Assembly: GCA_963767005.1 (NCBI GenBank)
Contig: CAVYCN010000010.1
Coordinates: forward strand, 64,001 to 128,000
Source: an uncultured Actinomycetes bacterium
GTDB lineage: Bacteria; Actinomycetota; Thermoleophilia; UBA2241
Direction of reading: 5' to 3'
DNA length: 64,000 nucleotides
Shown here piece after piece: positions 28,534-39,383 of this stretch (position 1 is its first letter; each line of letters starts with the position of its first letter). The translations under genes were made by a program, and so were the position numbers. A model generated the notes under the pieces. The model made no database searches and was not told the DNA's origin. It saw only the letters and a program-made list of their open reading frames with translations.

Positions 28534-31500
28534 ATGAGTCACGAGCAGGTGAACTGCCTGATCATGCTCTGCGCCAGCGTGCTCATGTTCGCAGAGGCGG
28601 TCCTCGCCCTGCGGCGGTTCCGGTTCCCGGGCGGCGTCGCCATGTGCCTCGCCTTCACGGTGGGCGGCGTCGAGTCGCTCTGCTACGCCCTGGTCTTCCT
28701 GCTCGGCAGCGGCGATACCATGGTGCACCTCGCCGCGGTCTACTCGGTGACAGGGCCGGCGATGGGCGCGTTCTGGTTTGCCTTTGCGGCACGCTTCACA
28801 CGGCTGCGCGCGCTGGGGCGCACCTGGGTCGCGGTGGCCCTCGTGGGAGCCGCGCTGTCGCTGATCGTGGCCGTGACATCGGATCCGGCGCTGATCTACC
28901 CGCCGCACAGCACCCTCACCGCGATGGACTTCGCGCACGTCAACGTGCAGGGCAGCGGCGTGCTGTTCACGATCCAGCTCGTGTGGTTCTACGCGCTCGT
29001 GCTGGCCGGCATGGTGATGCTGCTCGGCGAGGCGCTGCGCTCGTGGGACGTGTTCCGCGGCCAGGCCGAGGCGGTGATCGCGAGCATCGGCATCGCCTTC
29101 CTGCTCGACGTCGCCTTCATGGCGGGCTACACGCCGGTGCGCGGTCTGCACCTGGGGCTCGTCGTCCTCTCCGTCGCCATGCTGCCGCTGATCTGGGCGC
29201 TGCCGGGCCTGCGCGCGTCCGACTACTCGGCGGCCTGGCAGCGGCGCATCCTCGAAGGCATGAGCGACGCCGTGCTCGTCACCGACGACGAGGGCCGGAT
29301 CGCGAGCGCCAACCGCGCGGCACAGCGGCTCCTGACGGTCGAGTCGGGGCGCGAGCACATGGCGCCGGTCCTGAGCGCGTATTCGTGGCTGGCCGAGCTG
29401 GGCGAGGAGATCGACGACCTCGACGCCGACACCGGCGCCGGCTGTACCGTCACGCTGCCCGGCGACGCCGGCGACCGGCACTTCGACGCGCGCCGGTCGA
29501 GCTTGCGCGGTCATGGCGGGCGAGAGCTCAGCCGCGTGCTCGTGCTCCGCGACGTCACCGAGCGCGTCGAGACGGCGAGCGAGCTCGACGACGCCAACAG
29601 CCGGCTGCAGTCGCTCGTCGACGCGAGCCTCGAGTTCGGCGGCTCGCTGAACACGGCCGACGTGCTCTCGGTGGCGGGGCGCCGCATGTGTCAGCTGTCG
29701 GGGGCGGACCTGTGCACGATCTACCGCCTGAAGGGCGGCCGCGCGCAGGAGCTCAAGACGACCAGGGGCACGATCATCGCCGACGAGACCGACGAGGGCA
29801 GCTTCGCCCTCAGCGAGTACGACGTCTCCCGGTCGGCCGTCGAGAGCCACAACGTGATCTGCGTGTCGGATACGAGGGCCGACCCCCGCCTGTCCGACCT
29901 CGAGCGCAGCGACGCCGAGCGGTACGGCTACCGGTCGAGCATCGACGTCCCGCTCGTGTCCGAGGGCACCGTGGTCGGACTCGCCGTGCTGACGAGCGCC
30001 GAGCCCCGTGAGTACGGCCCGCTCGTACTCCTGCCGAGCCTCGCCCATAACGCCGCCCAGGCGCTCGTGAACTCCGAGATGTTCGCCGAGCTGCGCCAGA
30101 CCGCCAAGCGCCTGGCGCTCGTGAGTGAATCCGGCGCGCTCTTCTCGTCGACCCTGGCCGTCGACGACGTGCTCGTGACCTCCTGCCGCCGGCTCTGCGA
30201 GATCGCCGACGCCCCGATCTGCAGCGTGTACGTGCTCGACGAGGGGACGCTGCGCTGTCGCGCCGGCGTGCTCGACGGCGAGGTCGACCGGGTCTGGATG
30301 GCGCAGAGCTTCAGCCTCGACCTGTGGCCGACCACGCGTCTCGCGCTCGAATCCCGCACGGTCGTGGCGGTGGCCGACCTCGACGATCCCCGCCTCGGCG
30401 TCGAGCAGCGCGCCTCGATGGCCGAGCGCGGCGAGGTGAGCCTGCTGGTCGTGCCGCTCGTCGCCCGCGGCGAGGCGTTCGGCGTGGTCGAGCTGATCGA
30501 CCGGCGGCCGCGCCGGTATGCCGCCGACGAGCAGACCACCGTCGAGGCGGTCTGCAGCGCGGCGGCTCTGGCCATCCGCAACGCCGACGCCTACCGTAGC
30601 GAGCAGGAGCACGTTGCCCGTCTGGCCTCGTTGCTCGACGCGAGCCGGGCGATCACCTCGACCGTCGTGCTCGACCGAGTGCTGCCCCTCGTGGCGCAGA
30701 AGACCTGCCAGGCGGTGAGCGCCTCGGAGTGCGTCATCTGGGAGTACGACGCCGAAACCGACGCGCTGATCGAGCGCTCCTACTACAGCTCCACCGGTTT
30801 CGACTACACGCCGAATGATCGCATCGACCTGGCCGAAGACGAAGGCCGTCGCGCTACGATCCTCGCCGGTGGGGCGGTCGAGGAGCAGCAGTCCGACCCC
30901 GAGCTGCCGCCGGCCATCCGTGCGGTCATGGAGCAGTGGGGCGAGCAGACCAAGCTGTCGGTACCGCTCATCTTCGACGGCAGGCCGATCGGCATGCTCG
31001 TCCTGATCGAGCTCGAGCACCCTCGCCACTTCCGGCCCGACGAGCTCGATCTCGTGCAGGCGCTGGCCGAGCAGGCCGCGGTCGTCATCCAGAACGCCCG
31101 GCAGTACGAGCGACTCGAGACCACGGGCAAGCTCCTCGAGTCGCAGGTCGAGCTGCAGCAGGTCGTGCTCGAGCTGTCCGGCAGCCTGCTGTCGACGCTC
31201 GACGGCGGCGACGTGTTCGCACGCATCGCCGGCCTCGTGCAGCGCGTGGTCGCCAACGACAACCTCGAGATCCGCCTCGTCGACCGCGAGGCCGGCGAGC
31301 TGTACTGCGCCTACGCGAGCGCCGAAGAGGAAGACTACGTGAAGAACTGGCGCTCCTCGCTCGACGCGGGCGTGAGCGGCTGGGTCGTCCAGCACAACGA
31401 GGCGCAGCTCGTGAACGACATGCCGGGCGACCCGCGCGTCGCCGTCGTACCGGGCACCGACCCCGATCCGCAGGCCTCGATCCTCGTGCCGCTCACAGTC

Positions 31501-33789
31501 GACGGCGAGGTCATCGGCGTGCTCGCGCTCGATCGCATGGAGGGTCGCACGTTCGCCGACCACGAGCTCGAGTCGGCCAGGCTCTTCGCCAATCTGGCGG
31601 CCATCGCCATCCGCAACGCGCAGCAGTACCAGCACGTACGGACGGTCTATGCGAACAACCTGCGGACGCTCTGCATCGCGCTGAACGCCAAAGACCACTA
31701 CACCCTGGGCCACACGGCCCGCGTCGCGGCCTACATGGTCCTGCTGGGCAAGCAGCTCGGCTGGTCGGTGGACATGGTGAGCCGAGTGGGCGAGGCGGCC
31801 TACCTGCACGACATCGGCAAGATCGGCATCCCCGACCGCGTCCTGACCAAGCCCGGCAAGCTCAACCAGCGCGAGTGGGAGATGATGCGCGGCCACCCGG
31901 CTCTCTCGGCCGAGATCATCAAGCCACTCTACGACGACGATGTCGTGCTGGGTGTCCGTCACCACCACGAACGCTACGACGGCCGCGGCTATCCGGACGG
32001 CCTCGCCGGCGGCGACATCCCGCTCGTGGCTCGGGCGATGTGCGTGGCCGACTCCTACGACGCCATGTCGGCCGACCGGCCTTACCATCGCGGGCTCACC
32101 TACACGAACTGTCTCGAGGAGCTCGAGCGCTGCGCGGGGGCGCAGTTCGACCCGGCCATGGTCGACGCCTTCCGGGCCGTCCTTGCGCAGATGGCCGAGC
32201 GCCGCCGCCGGGCTCTGGCTCTCGCCCGGCAGGCGGCGGCGCTGATCGACGGCGACGCCCACGGCGCGCTCGGCGCGGGCGGCTCCGAGACCGACCCCTC
32301 CTACCGCGAGACGGTCGAGATCCTGCGCCAGGTGCGCGACGCGGATCCCGCCGTGCGCTTCGTCACCACCATGGCCCGCCACGGCGCCGGCTACGAGTTC
32401 GTCTGCGACGCCGAAGAGGACGAGACGCTGCGTTCGCGCCTCGGCGACCCCGTCGTCTTCGACCCCGAGCTCAGCCGCGTCTTCGAGGGCGACGATCTCG
32501 ACATCTGCCTGGTGGCGGCCGACCAGTTCGGTATCTGGGTCAGCGCCATGGCGCCCGTGACCGACTCGGCCGGCGACATCGTGGCCGTCGTGAACGTCGA
32601 CTACCCGGCGTACGACACCTCGGTCGACGGCGGCATCGATACGGGCGTCATGTCGCCGGCGCTCACGGCGCTGCTCGAGGGCTCCCAGGAGCGACTCGAC
32701 CGCGTGACCGCCGACGCCGTCACCGACACCCTCACCGGCCTCTACAATCACCGCTACCTGCACGAGAGCCTCGCCAAGGCGCTCGAGACGGCCGTCACCG
32801 ACGCCGCTGAGGTCTCGCTCGTGCTCTGCGACGTCGACCACCTCGAGCGCCTCAACCGCGAGCTGGGCCACTCCCAGGGCGACGACGCGCTGCGCGTCAT
32901 CGGCCAACTCATCGACGGCGCGTCGCGGGGGAGCGACATCTGCGCGCGGTTCGGCGGCGACGAGTTCGCCATCGTGCTCGCGGGCACGGGCGGCGCCGAC
33001 GCCGTGGCGCGCATCGAGGGCGTGCGCGCCGCCGTGGCGGCCGCCGGTCTCGGCCCCGAAGGCCAGACGCTCACCCTGAGCGCCGGCATCGCGACGTTCC
33101 CCTGGGACGGGCGCAGCAAGGACGAGCTGATCGACGCCGCGCGCCGGGCGCTCGCCGTCGCCAAGAACCGCGGCCGCGACCGCTGCGTCGGCTTCGCGTC
33201 GGTCGTCGACGCGGCCGAATCGGAGCGCGCCCGCGACTACCTCTCGATGATGGCCGACCTGGCCGACGCCCGCATGCTCTACCGCGAGCGCCACTCCGAG
33301 GCGGTGGCGCGCCTCGCGCGGCTGCTCTCGGCGGAGCTCGGCTTGGTCGAGCATGTGGCCGATCAGATCAGCCAGGCCGCGCGGCTGCGCGACATCGGCC
33401 AGTTCACCGTGCCCGACGAGGTCCTGCGCAAGCCCGGCGTGCTCACGAGCGAGGAGTGGGACCTGATCAGGGAGCACCCGACGGTGGGCGCGCGTCTTCT
33501 GCGCCGCATGGGCATGGACTCACTGGCCGACGCGGTCGCCTACCATCACGAGCGGTTCGACGGCACCGGCTACCCGGCCGCGCTGCGCGGGGATCAGATC
33601 CCGCTGGCCGCCCGCATCGTGGCCGCGGCGTCGTCGTTCGAGGCGATGCTGAGCAGCCGGCCGTACCGCGAGGCGCACTCGCTGCCCGACGCGCTCGAGG
33701 AGATGCGACGCTGCACCGGCACGCAGTTCGACCCCGAGGTCGTGTCGGCGCTCGAGCGGGTGATGGTCGCGGTCCGCTCCGAGGACTGA
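28534..33789 (+). CDS. Membrane c-di-GMP enzyme: HisKA_7TM-like sensor, PAS, 4 GAF, HD-GYP, Cache-like insert, GGDEF, degenerate HD-GYP
   Basis: LHDIGKIG...HHERYDGRGYP; TDTLTGLYNHRY...RGSDICARFGGDEF; second LRDIGQ...HHERFDGTGYP. Confidence 0.9.
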   Translation: MSHEQVNCLIMLCASVLMFAEAVLALRRFRFPGGVAMCLAFTVGGVESLCYALVFLLGSGDTMVHLAAVYSVTGPAMGAFWFAFAARFTRLRALGRTWVAVALVGAALSLIVAVTSDPALIYPPHSTLTAMDFAHVNVQGSGVLFTIQLVWFYALVLAGMVMLLGEALRSWDVFRGQAEAVIASIGIAFLLDVAFMAGYTPVRGLHLGLVVLSVAMLPLIWALPGLRASDYSAAWQRRILEGMSDAVLVTDDEGRIASANRAAQRLLTVESGREHMAPVLSAYSWLAELGEEIDDLDADTGAGCTVTLPGDAGDRHFDARRSSLRGHGGRELSRVLVLRDVTERVETASELDDANSRLQSLVDASLEFGGSLNTADVLSVAGRRMCQLSGADLCTIYRLKGGRAQELKTTRGTIIADETDEGSFALSEYDVSRSAVESHNVICVSDTRADPRLSDLERSDAERYGYRSSIDVPLVSEGTVVGLAVLTSAEPREYGPLVLLPSLAHNAAQALVNSEMFAELRQTAKRLALVSESGALFSSTLAVDDVLVTSCRRLCEIADAPICSVYVLDEGTLRCRAGVLDGEVDRVWMAQSFSLDLWPTTRLALESRTVVAVADLDDPRLGVEQRASMAERGEVSLLVVPLVARGEAFGVVELIDRRPRRYAADEQTTVEAVCSAAALAIRNADAYRSEQEHVARLASLLDASRAITSTVVLDRVLPLVAQKTCQAVSASECVIWEYDAETDALIERSYYSSTGFDYTPNDRIDLAEDEGRRATILAGGAVEEQQSDPELPPAIRAVMEQWGEQTKLSVPLIFDGRPIGMLVLIELEHPRHFRPDELDLVQALAEQAAVVIQNARQYERLETTGKLLESQVELQQVVLELSGSLLSTLDGGDVFARIAGLVQRVVANDNLEIRLVDREAGELYCAYASAEEEDYVKNWRSSLDAGVSGWVVQHNEAQLVNDMPGDPRVAVVPGTDPDPQASILVPLTVDGEVIGVLALDRMEGRTFADHELESARLFANLAAIAIRNAQQYQHVRTVYANNLRTLCIALNAKDHYTLGHTARVAAYMVLLGKQLGWSVDMVSRVGEAAYLHDIGKIGIPDRVLTKPGKLNQREWEMMRGHPALSAEIIKPLYDDDVVLGVRHHHERYDGRGYPDGLAGGDIPLVARAMCVADSYDAMSADRPYHRGLTYTNCLEELERCAGAQFDPAMVDAFRAVLAQMAERRRRALALARQAAALIDGDAHGALGAGGSETDPSYRETVEILRQVRDADPAVRFVTTMARHGAGYEFVCDAEEDETLRSRLGDPVVFDPELSRVFEGDDLDICLVAADQFGIWVSAMAPVTDSAGDIVAVVNVDYPAYDTSVDGGIDTGVMSPALTALLEGSQERLDRVTADAVTDTLTGLYNHRYLHESLAKALETAVTDAAEVSLVLCDVDHLERLNRELGHSQGDDALRVIGQLIDGASRGSDICARFGGDEFAIVLAGTGGADAVARIEGVRAAVAAAGLGPEGQTLTLSAGIATFPWDGRSKDELIDAARRALAVAKNRGRDRCVGFASVVDAAESERARDYLSMMADLADARMLYRERHSEAVARLARLLSAELGLVEHVADQISQAARLRDIGQFTVPDEVLRKPGVLTSEEWDLIREHPTVGARLLRRMGMDSLADAVAYHHERFDGTGYPAALRGDQIPLAARIVAAASSFEAMLSSRPYREAHSLPDALEEMRRCTGTQFDPEVVSALERVMVAVRSED

Positions 33790-33847
33790 CGGCACCGGGC
33801 GCCCGCCGGAGTCGCGCCCGCCTGAGCGGCAGCGATCCCGGCCCGCC

Positions 33848-34606
33848 TCAGCCGCCGCTCGCGCTCTGTCCCGCGATGTCCTGCAGGAACGCCCGCAGGT
33901 CGGGCGGGACGCTGGGGTCGGCGTACGTCAGGCCGACCGGGTTGCGGCCGATGATCGTCTTGTAGACCACGCACGCGGCCAGGTAGGTACCGGCCGGGGT
34001 CGGATGGCCGTCGGGGTTGTTCAGCACGACGTCCGGGCGCGCGAGCTGCGCCGCCGCGAAGGCCTCGCCGGCGGGTGCGACCCTCGCTTCGAGACCGGCC
34101 GCCACGCCACGGTAGGCCGCCGCGAGGTTCGCCGTGGTCACACCCATGCCGACGCTGTCGGGTCGCTGCCACGTCATGAGCAGGACCGTCCGCGCGCCGG
34201 TCGCCCGGATGGCGCGATCGAAGCGTGCGGCGTAGTCGGCGAACAGGGCGCGGTCGATGACCGGCGTCTGGCTCTGCTCCTGCAGCACGACGTAGTCCCA
34301 GTGGCCGCCGCGGATGGCGCTGAGGGCCGCTCCCGTATCCCACTGCTGGCGCAGCGTCGCGCCGCCCGCGGTGATGCTCGAGGTCGTGCAATCCGGATCG
34401 AGGTGGTGGAGCTCGGCGTCGATGCCGCCGTTGTAGAACGTGAAGCTGTTCCCGATGAACAGCACGCGCGGCCCGGCGTGGCCGCCGCAGCCCGACAGCA
34501 GGGCCGCGGCGGCCACAAGGACGCACGCCGCGGCCACGACGGCCCAGCCGACCAGTGCGGCGGCCGCCGTGCCTCGCCGGCCGCCCCGTCGCTGCAGACC
34601 ACTCAT
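33848..34606 (-). CDS. SGNH/GDSL-type (DUF4886-like) hydrolase lipoprotein
   Basis: Lipobox LLSGC; RVLFIGNSFT, WDYVVLQEQS, DGHPTPAGTYLAA. Start may be 34606, 34624 or 34633. Confidence 0.8.
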   Translation of the reverse strand: MSGLQRRGGRRGTAAAALVGWAVVAAACVLVAAAALLSGCGGHAGPRVLFIGNSFTFYNGGIDAELHHLDPDCTTSSITAGGATLRQQWDTGAALSAIRGGHWDYVVLQEQSQTPVIDRALFADYAARFDRAIRATGARTVLLMTWQRPDSVGMGVTTANLAAAYRGVAAGLEARVAPAGEAFAAAQLARPDVVLNNPDGHPTPAGTYLAACVVYKTIIGRNPVGLTYADPSVPPDLRAFLQDIAGQSASGG

Positions 34607-34642
34607 CTTCCGGCATCCTCTCATGGCCTTCACGCGGAGTCT

Positions 34643-34670
34643 GTATCGGCAGGGTGGGCGGGACGCTCGA
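34643..34670 (-). promoter_or_regulatory. Putative sigma-28-type promoter
   Basis: Minus strand TCGAG-N15-GCCGATAC. Confidence 0.55.
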
Positions 34671-34735
34671 TGGCCTGGGCGGTGGGAGCGACGCCGGGCC
34701 GGTCCGAGACGATGTCGGACCGGCGCGGGGTCCGC

Positions 34736-37000
34736 CTAGCGCGGCGCGAGCCGCAGGCCGTAGCTCACGCCCAGGCTGCGCAGGCGGCCGGCTCGCGCGC
34801 GCAGGCGGCGCCGGAGCGCGTGGTGCAGCTCCGCGAGGTCGGCGAGCTCGCGCTCGCCGACCTCGCGGCCACCATACAGCACCGCTTCGAGACGTTCGGC
34901 GAGCGCCGTCGCGTCGAGGCCGAAGCGCCGCTCGATGTCGACGGCCGTCTCGGTCAGCGTCTGCGACAGGGCCGCCGCCTCTCCGTAGTCGCGCAGGTCG
35001 GCGTGGAGCAGGGCCAGGCCGGCTCGCAGGCGCCGCTCCAGGCCGCCGCCGCGCAGGCGGCGGCGGCGCAGGGCGGCGCGGCCTAGCGGCCAGGCGACGG
35101 CGAACGCCGCCGGGCCGAGCAGCCAGGGCAGCCAGGCGACGCCGTGCCCGGCCGCCACGGCGCTGCCCAGGCCGCCGCTGCGCTGCTTTGCGGCGTTGTC
35201 CCCGGGCATGCCCTGCAGCTTGGGCGCCGCGGTGCCGGACGCGGCGATGTCGCCGCGGCTGGCGTCGCCGGGAAACGGGTCGGAGAAGCCCGCGGTGGTG
35301 CTCGACGCGCCCCTGCCCGGCAGGCCGTCGCCGGGCGTCGGCTCGAACGGCACCCAGCCTACGTCGGGGAAGTAGACCTCGACCCAGGAGTGCGCGTCGT
35401 TGCGGGTCACCGAGTAGGTCTGACGGCCGGTGAGCGTGCCGGTGGTGAAGCCCAGGACGACCCGGGCGGGGATGCCGTTGTAGCGCTCGAGCACGGCCAT
35501 GGCGCCGGCAAAGTGCTGGCAGTAGCCGATGAGCGTGTCGAACAGGAAGGCGGCGTAGGGCGACGCGTACCGCGTCGGCGGCGGCGACAGCGAGTACACG
35601 TAGTGGGCGCGCAGGTACTGCTCGATGCGCAAGGTGACCTGGTACGGGTCGGTCGCGTCGCCCACGATCGCGTGGTCGAGCTGATAGAGCCCGAGCCACT
35701 CGCGATGAGCGGACGTGTCGCTCATGACGCTGCGCCACTGCCGCACCGGGTCGGCGGCCGTCATGTCGGCGGCCGTGGGAAAGGGCAGGGCGAGATCGGC
35801 CGCGACGCCCGCCGGGTAGTCGCGCCCGAGACCGACGAGGTCGGCGGGCCGCACCTGCGGCACGGTGGCGGTCACCTCGTAGGTGGCGTGCGGCCCCGCG
35901 GGGTCGGCCAGGCGGAGAGCTCGCGTGGCGGGCGCGAAGAACGGCGCGCCGCCGCCGATGACCAGACTGCCGGGGTCGCCGCCGACCAGCACGAACTGGG
36001 TCGCGAGTGTCTGCAGCCTGAAGGTCTCGACCGTGCCGGCGCCCGCCGGCGGCAGAGCCGCCGGCGGCACCGTGTACGAGGGCGCGCCGGCCGGCGCGCC
36101 TGCGTGCTGAGCAAGCCGGACCTCGGGCGTGTGGCGCGCCAGCCAGCTCCTTCCGTTGAAGGCGTCGAGCACATTCGCCCGCCAGTACGAGGCCACGGGC
36201 GATTCGACCTGGAACACACGCGCGTTGTTCCGGGGATCGAGCAGGCTGGGGAAGTTGAGCATCCAGTCGAAGCTCACCCGCGACGTCGCCGCGCCGGGCG
36301 CTCCCCAAGTGGTCCAGTCGCGCCAGGGCTTGCCCGCGGCGACCGGCGTGACGGCGAGCAGGAGGAGCGCGCAGCCCATCGCGACCACGGCGAGGCCGGT
36401 CCCGGCGACGGCGCCGGACGGCGCGCCGTCGGTGCGCTGCAGTGAGCGCGAGAGCGCGAGCAGGCAGCCGGCGAGCGGCAGGAAGGCGAGCGGCAGGGCG
36501 ACCACGCTGGCGGCGCCGTCGACCGTGAGGCCGTAGCCCATGACGACGAGGAGGACGACGACGGCCGGCAGGGCGCGCCGCAGGCTGAGGGCAGCAAAGG
36601 CGGCAAGGCCCGTCGTGCCGTAGACGATGAGCGTGAGCAGCAGGCGCAGATCGCCGGCTCCGGTCAGGTCGAAGGGGAACGTGCGCACCGAGTAGTCGTG
36701 GGCGCCGGCGCGCAGGGCGCTCAGATAGAAGCCGATCCTGAGGTCGTAGGCGTGCGCGCCCGTCGCTGGCGGCAGCACGAGCCGGGCGGCCATGTAGGCC
36801 CCGAGCGGCAGCAGGACGAGCGCCACCGGCCAGAGCCGGCGGCGCACGAGACCGGGGGCACCGGCGAGCGTGGCGAGCAGCGCCGTCCAGACCAGGGCGG
36901 GTGCGAGACCCGGGCGGGCGACGCGCGCCATGGCGAGGGCCGCGATGATCGCGAGCGCCGCGAGACAGGCGAGGCAGAGGAAGCGAGCGGTGAGCCTCAT
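34736..37000 (-). CDS. Transglutaminase-like membrane protein (TgpA/DUF3488 type)
   Basis: N-terminal TM bundle, YWR, GYCQHFAGAMAVL, GIPARVVLGF, AHSWVEVYF, WVPFEPTP. Confidence 0.88.
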   Translation of the reverse strand: MRLTARFLCLACLAALAIIAALAMARVARPGLAPALVWTALLATLAGAPGLVRRRLWPVALVLLPLGAYMAARLVLPPATGAHAYDLRIGFYLSALRAGAHDYSVRTFPFDLTGAGDLRLLLTLIVYGTTGLAAFAALSLRRALPAVVVLLVVMGYGLTVDGAASVVALPLAFLPLAGCLLALSRSLQRTDGAPSGAVAGTGLAVVAMGCALLLLAVTPVAAGKPWRDWTTWGAPGAATSRVSFDWMLNFPSLLDPRNNARVFQVESPVASYWRANVLDAFNGRSWLARHTPEVRLAQHAGAPAGAPSYTVPPAALPPAGAGTVETFRLQTLATQFVLVGGDPGSLVIGGGAPFFAPATRALRLADPAGPHATYEVTATVPQVRPADLVGLGRDYPAGVAADLALPFPTAADMTAADPVRQWRSVMSDTSAHREWLGLYQLDHAIVGDATDPYQVTLRIEQYLRAHYVYSLSPPPTRYASPYAAFLFDTLIGYCQHFAGAMAVLERYNGIPARVVLGFTTGTLTGRQTYSVTRNDAHSWVEVYFPDVGWVPFEPTPGDGLPGRGASSTTAGFSDPFPGDASRGDIAASGTAAPKLQGMPGDNAAKQRSGGLGSAVAAGHGVAWLPWLLGPAAFAVAWPLGRAALRRRRLRGGGLERRLRAGLALLHADLRDYGEAAALSQTLTETAVDIERRFGLDATALAERLEAVLYGGREVGERELADLAELHHALRRRLRARAGRLRSLGVSYGLRLAPR

Positions 37001-37007
37001 CGCCGTC

Positions 37008-38327
37008 TCAGCGGCCGCGCACCTGGAGCGCGAGGTCGCCGGCGTCGCGCTCGGCCCGGCCGAGCGAGAGGGCGGTCCGCAGATCGTCGTCGGCGCGCAG
37101 CGTGAGGCAGACCACGCCGGCGGCGGCGAGCGCGACGAGCGCCCCGCGGTCGGGCGGTGCGCCCGGCTGCGTCGCAGCTCCGTGCGTGGCCTCGGTGACC
37201 GCCGCCGCCCGCGCGCCGTCGAACGAGCCGGCATCGACGACGATCGCCCGCGTGTGGACGCCCTCGCGGTGCAGGCCGATGAGCGCGCGCGAGAGGTCGC
37301 GGTCGAGCGTGAGCGCCACGACCACCAGGGTGCGGGTCGGCGTGGCCCGGCCGCCGTTCGTGCGGAGGTGCTGGAGCGACGTGGCAAGCGGCGCCCGGGC
37401 GCTGGGACGCACGGCGGCCAGGGTGTCGAGCAGGCGACGCCGGCCCTGCGCGTCGGCCGCCAGGCGCGTCGGCCGCCAGGCGCCGTCGTGCACGAGCAGG
37501 ACGGCGTCGTGCCCGGCCGACAGCACGAAGTCGGCTACCGAGGCGGCCGCCTGCACGGCGAGCTCGAAGCTCGTGAACGGCTCCGCGCCGGCGACGCCGG
37601 CCGACGTGCCGTCGAGCAGCACGGTGACGTCGCCGCTATCGGGGTCGTCCATCTCGCGCAGCATGAGGGTGGCGGTCTTGGCCGTGGCCTTCCAGTCGAC
37701 GTGGCTCAGGGGTTCGCCCGGCTGGTGGGGCCTGATGCCGCGCAGCTCGGTCGCGCCGCCGCGCGCAAGGCCGCGGCGCGCGAGGCCGCGACGGCTGCCG
37801 AGCTCGGCGAAGAGCGCGCACGAGCCGAGCTCGACGAGCCGGGGGTAGACCGTGACGTCGAGCGAGTCGCCGAGCCGGCGTCGCGCACGCCAGAGGCCGA
37901 GCGCGTCCTCGGCTTCGACGTGCGGCGGCGGCAGGACGTGCACGCCGCGTCGGGCCGGCAGCGGCGGGCTCATGGCGACCCGTTCCTGGTAGGAGCCGAG
38001 GCTCGGGAAGGCGATCGTCGAAGCGGCGGCGTGGATGCCTGCGGTGGCGTCGGGCAGGGTGACTTCGAGCCCGGGGAGCTGGGAGCCGTTGATCGCGCGA
38101 AACGCCACCACGAGGTCGTCGCCGGCGGTCGGGTGACTCGGATGCAGCGTGCGCACGATCAAGAGGCGCCGGCTGGTCGCCAGCACGAGCAGCCACGCGA
38201 CGACCGCGGTGGCGACGAAGGTCAGCGCCACGAAGTACAGCTCCCACGTGCCGACGATGCGGGCGGCCAGGTACGTGGCGACGGCCACGGCGAGCAGGGC
38301 GAGGCCGCGGCGGGTCGGGCGGATGAT
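37008..38327 (-). CDS. DUF58 domain protein
   Basis: DALGL, VTVYPR, LRGIRPHQPGEPLSHVDWKATAK, LMLRE. Start uncertain: first canonical GTG at 38288, but the reading frame and RBS suggest about 38327. Confidence 0.85.
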   Translation of the reverse strand: MIRPTRRGLALLAVAVATYLAARIVGTWELYFVALTFVATAVVAWLLVLATSRRLLIVRTLHPSHPTAGDDLVVAFRAINGSQLPGLEVTLPDATAGIHAAASTIAFPSLGSYQERVAMSPPLPARRGVHVLPPPHVEAEDALGLWRARRRLGDSLDVTVYPRLVELGSCALFAELGSRRGLARRGLARGGATELRGIRPHQPGEPLSHVDWKATAKTATLMLREMDDPDSGDVTVLLDGTSAGVAGAEPFTSFELAVQAAASVADFVLSAGHDAVLLVHDGAWRPTRLAADAQGRRRLLDTLAAVRPSARAPLATSLQHLRTNGGRATPTRTLVVVALTLDRDLSRALIGLHREGVHTRAIVVDAGSFDGARAAAVTEATHGAATQPGAPPDRGALVALAAAGVVCLTLRADDDLRTALSLGRAERDAGDLALQVRGR

Positions 38328-38328
38328 G

Positions 38329-39312
<984 letters not shown>

Positions 39313-39383
39313 GCGACGTCTCCCGCTCCGTCGGGCCGGTCGACGACCGACCGATCCGGCCGGCGACCCTCGCTCGTATCACT

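Noticed and set aside
28258-33477. 1739 aa minus-strand ORF
   Set aside because: Antisense mirror of the GGDEF/HD-GYP gene, which carries all the conserved motifs.
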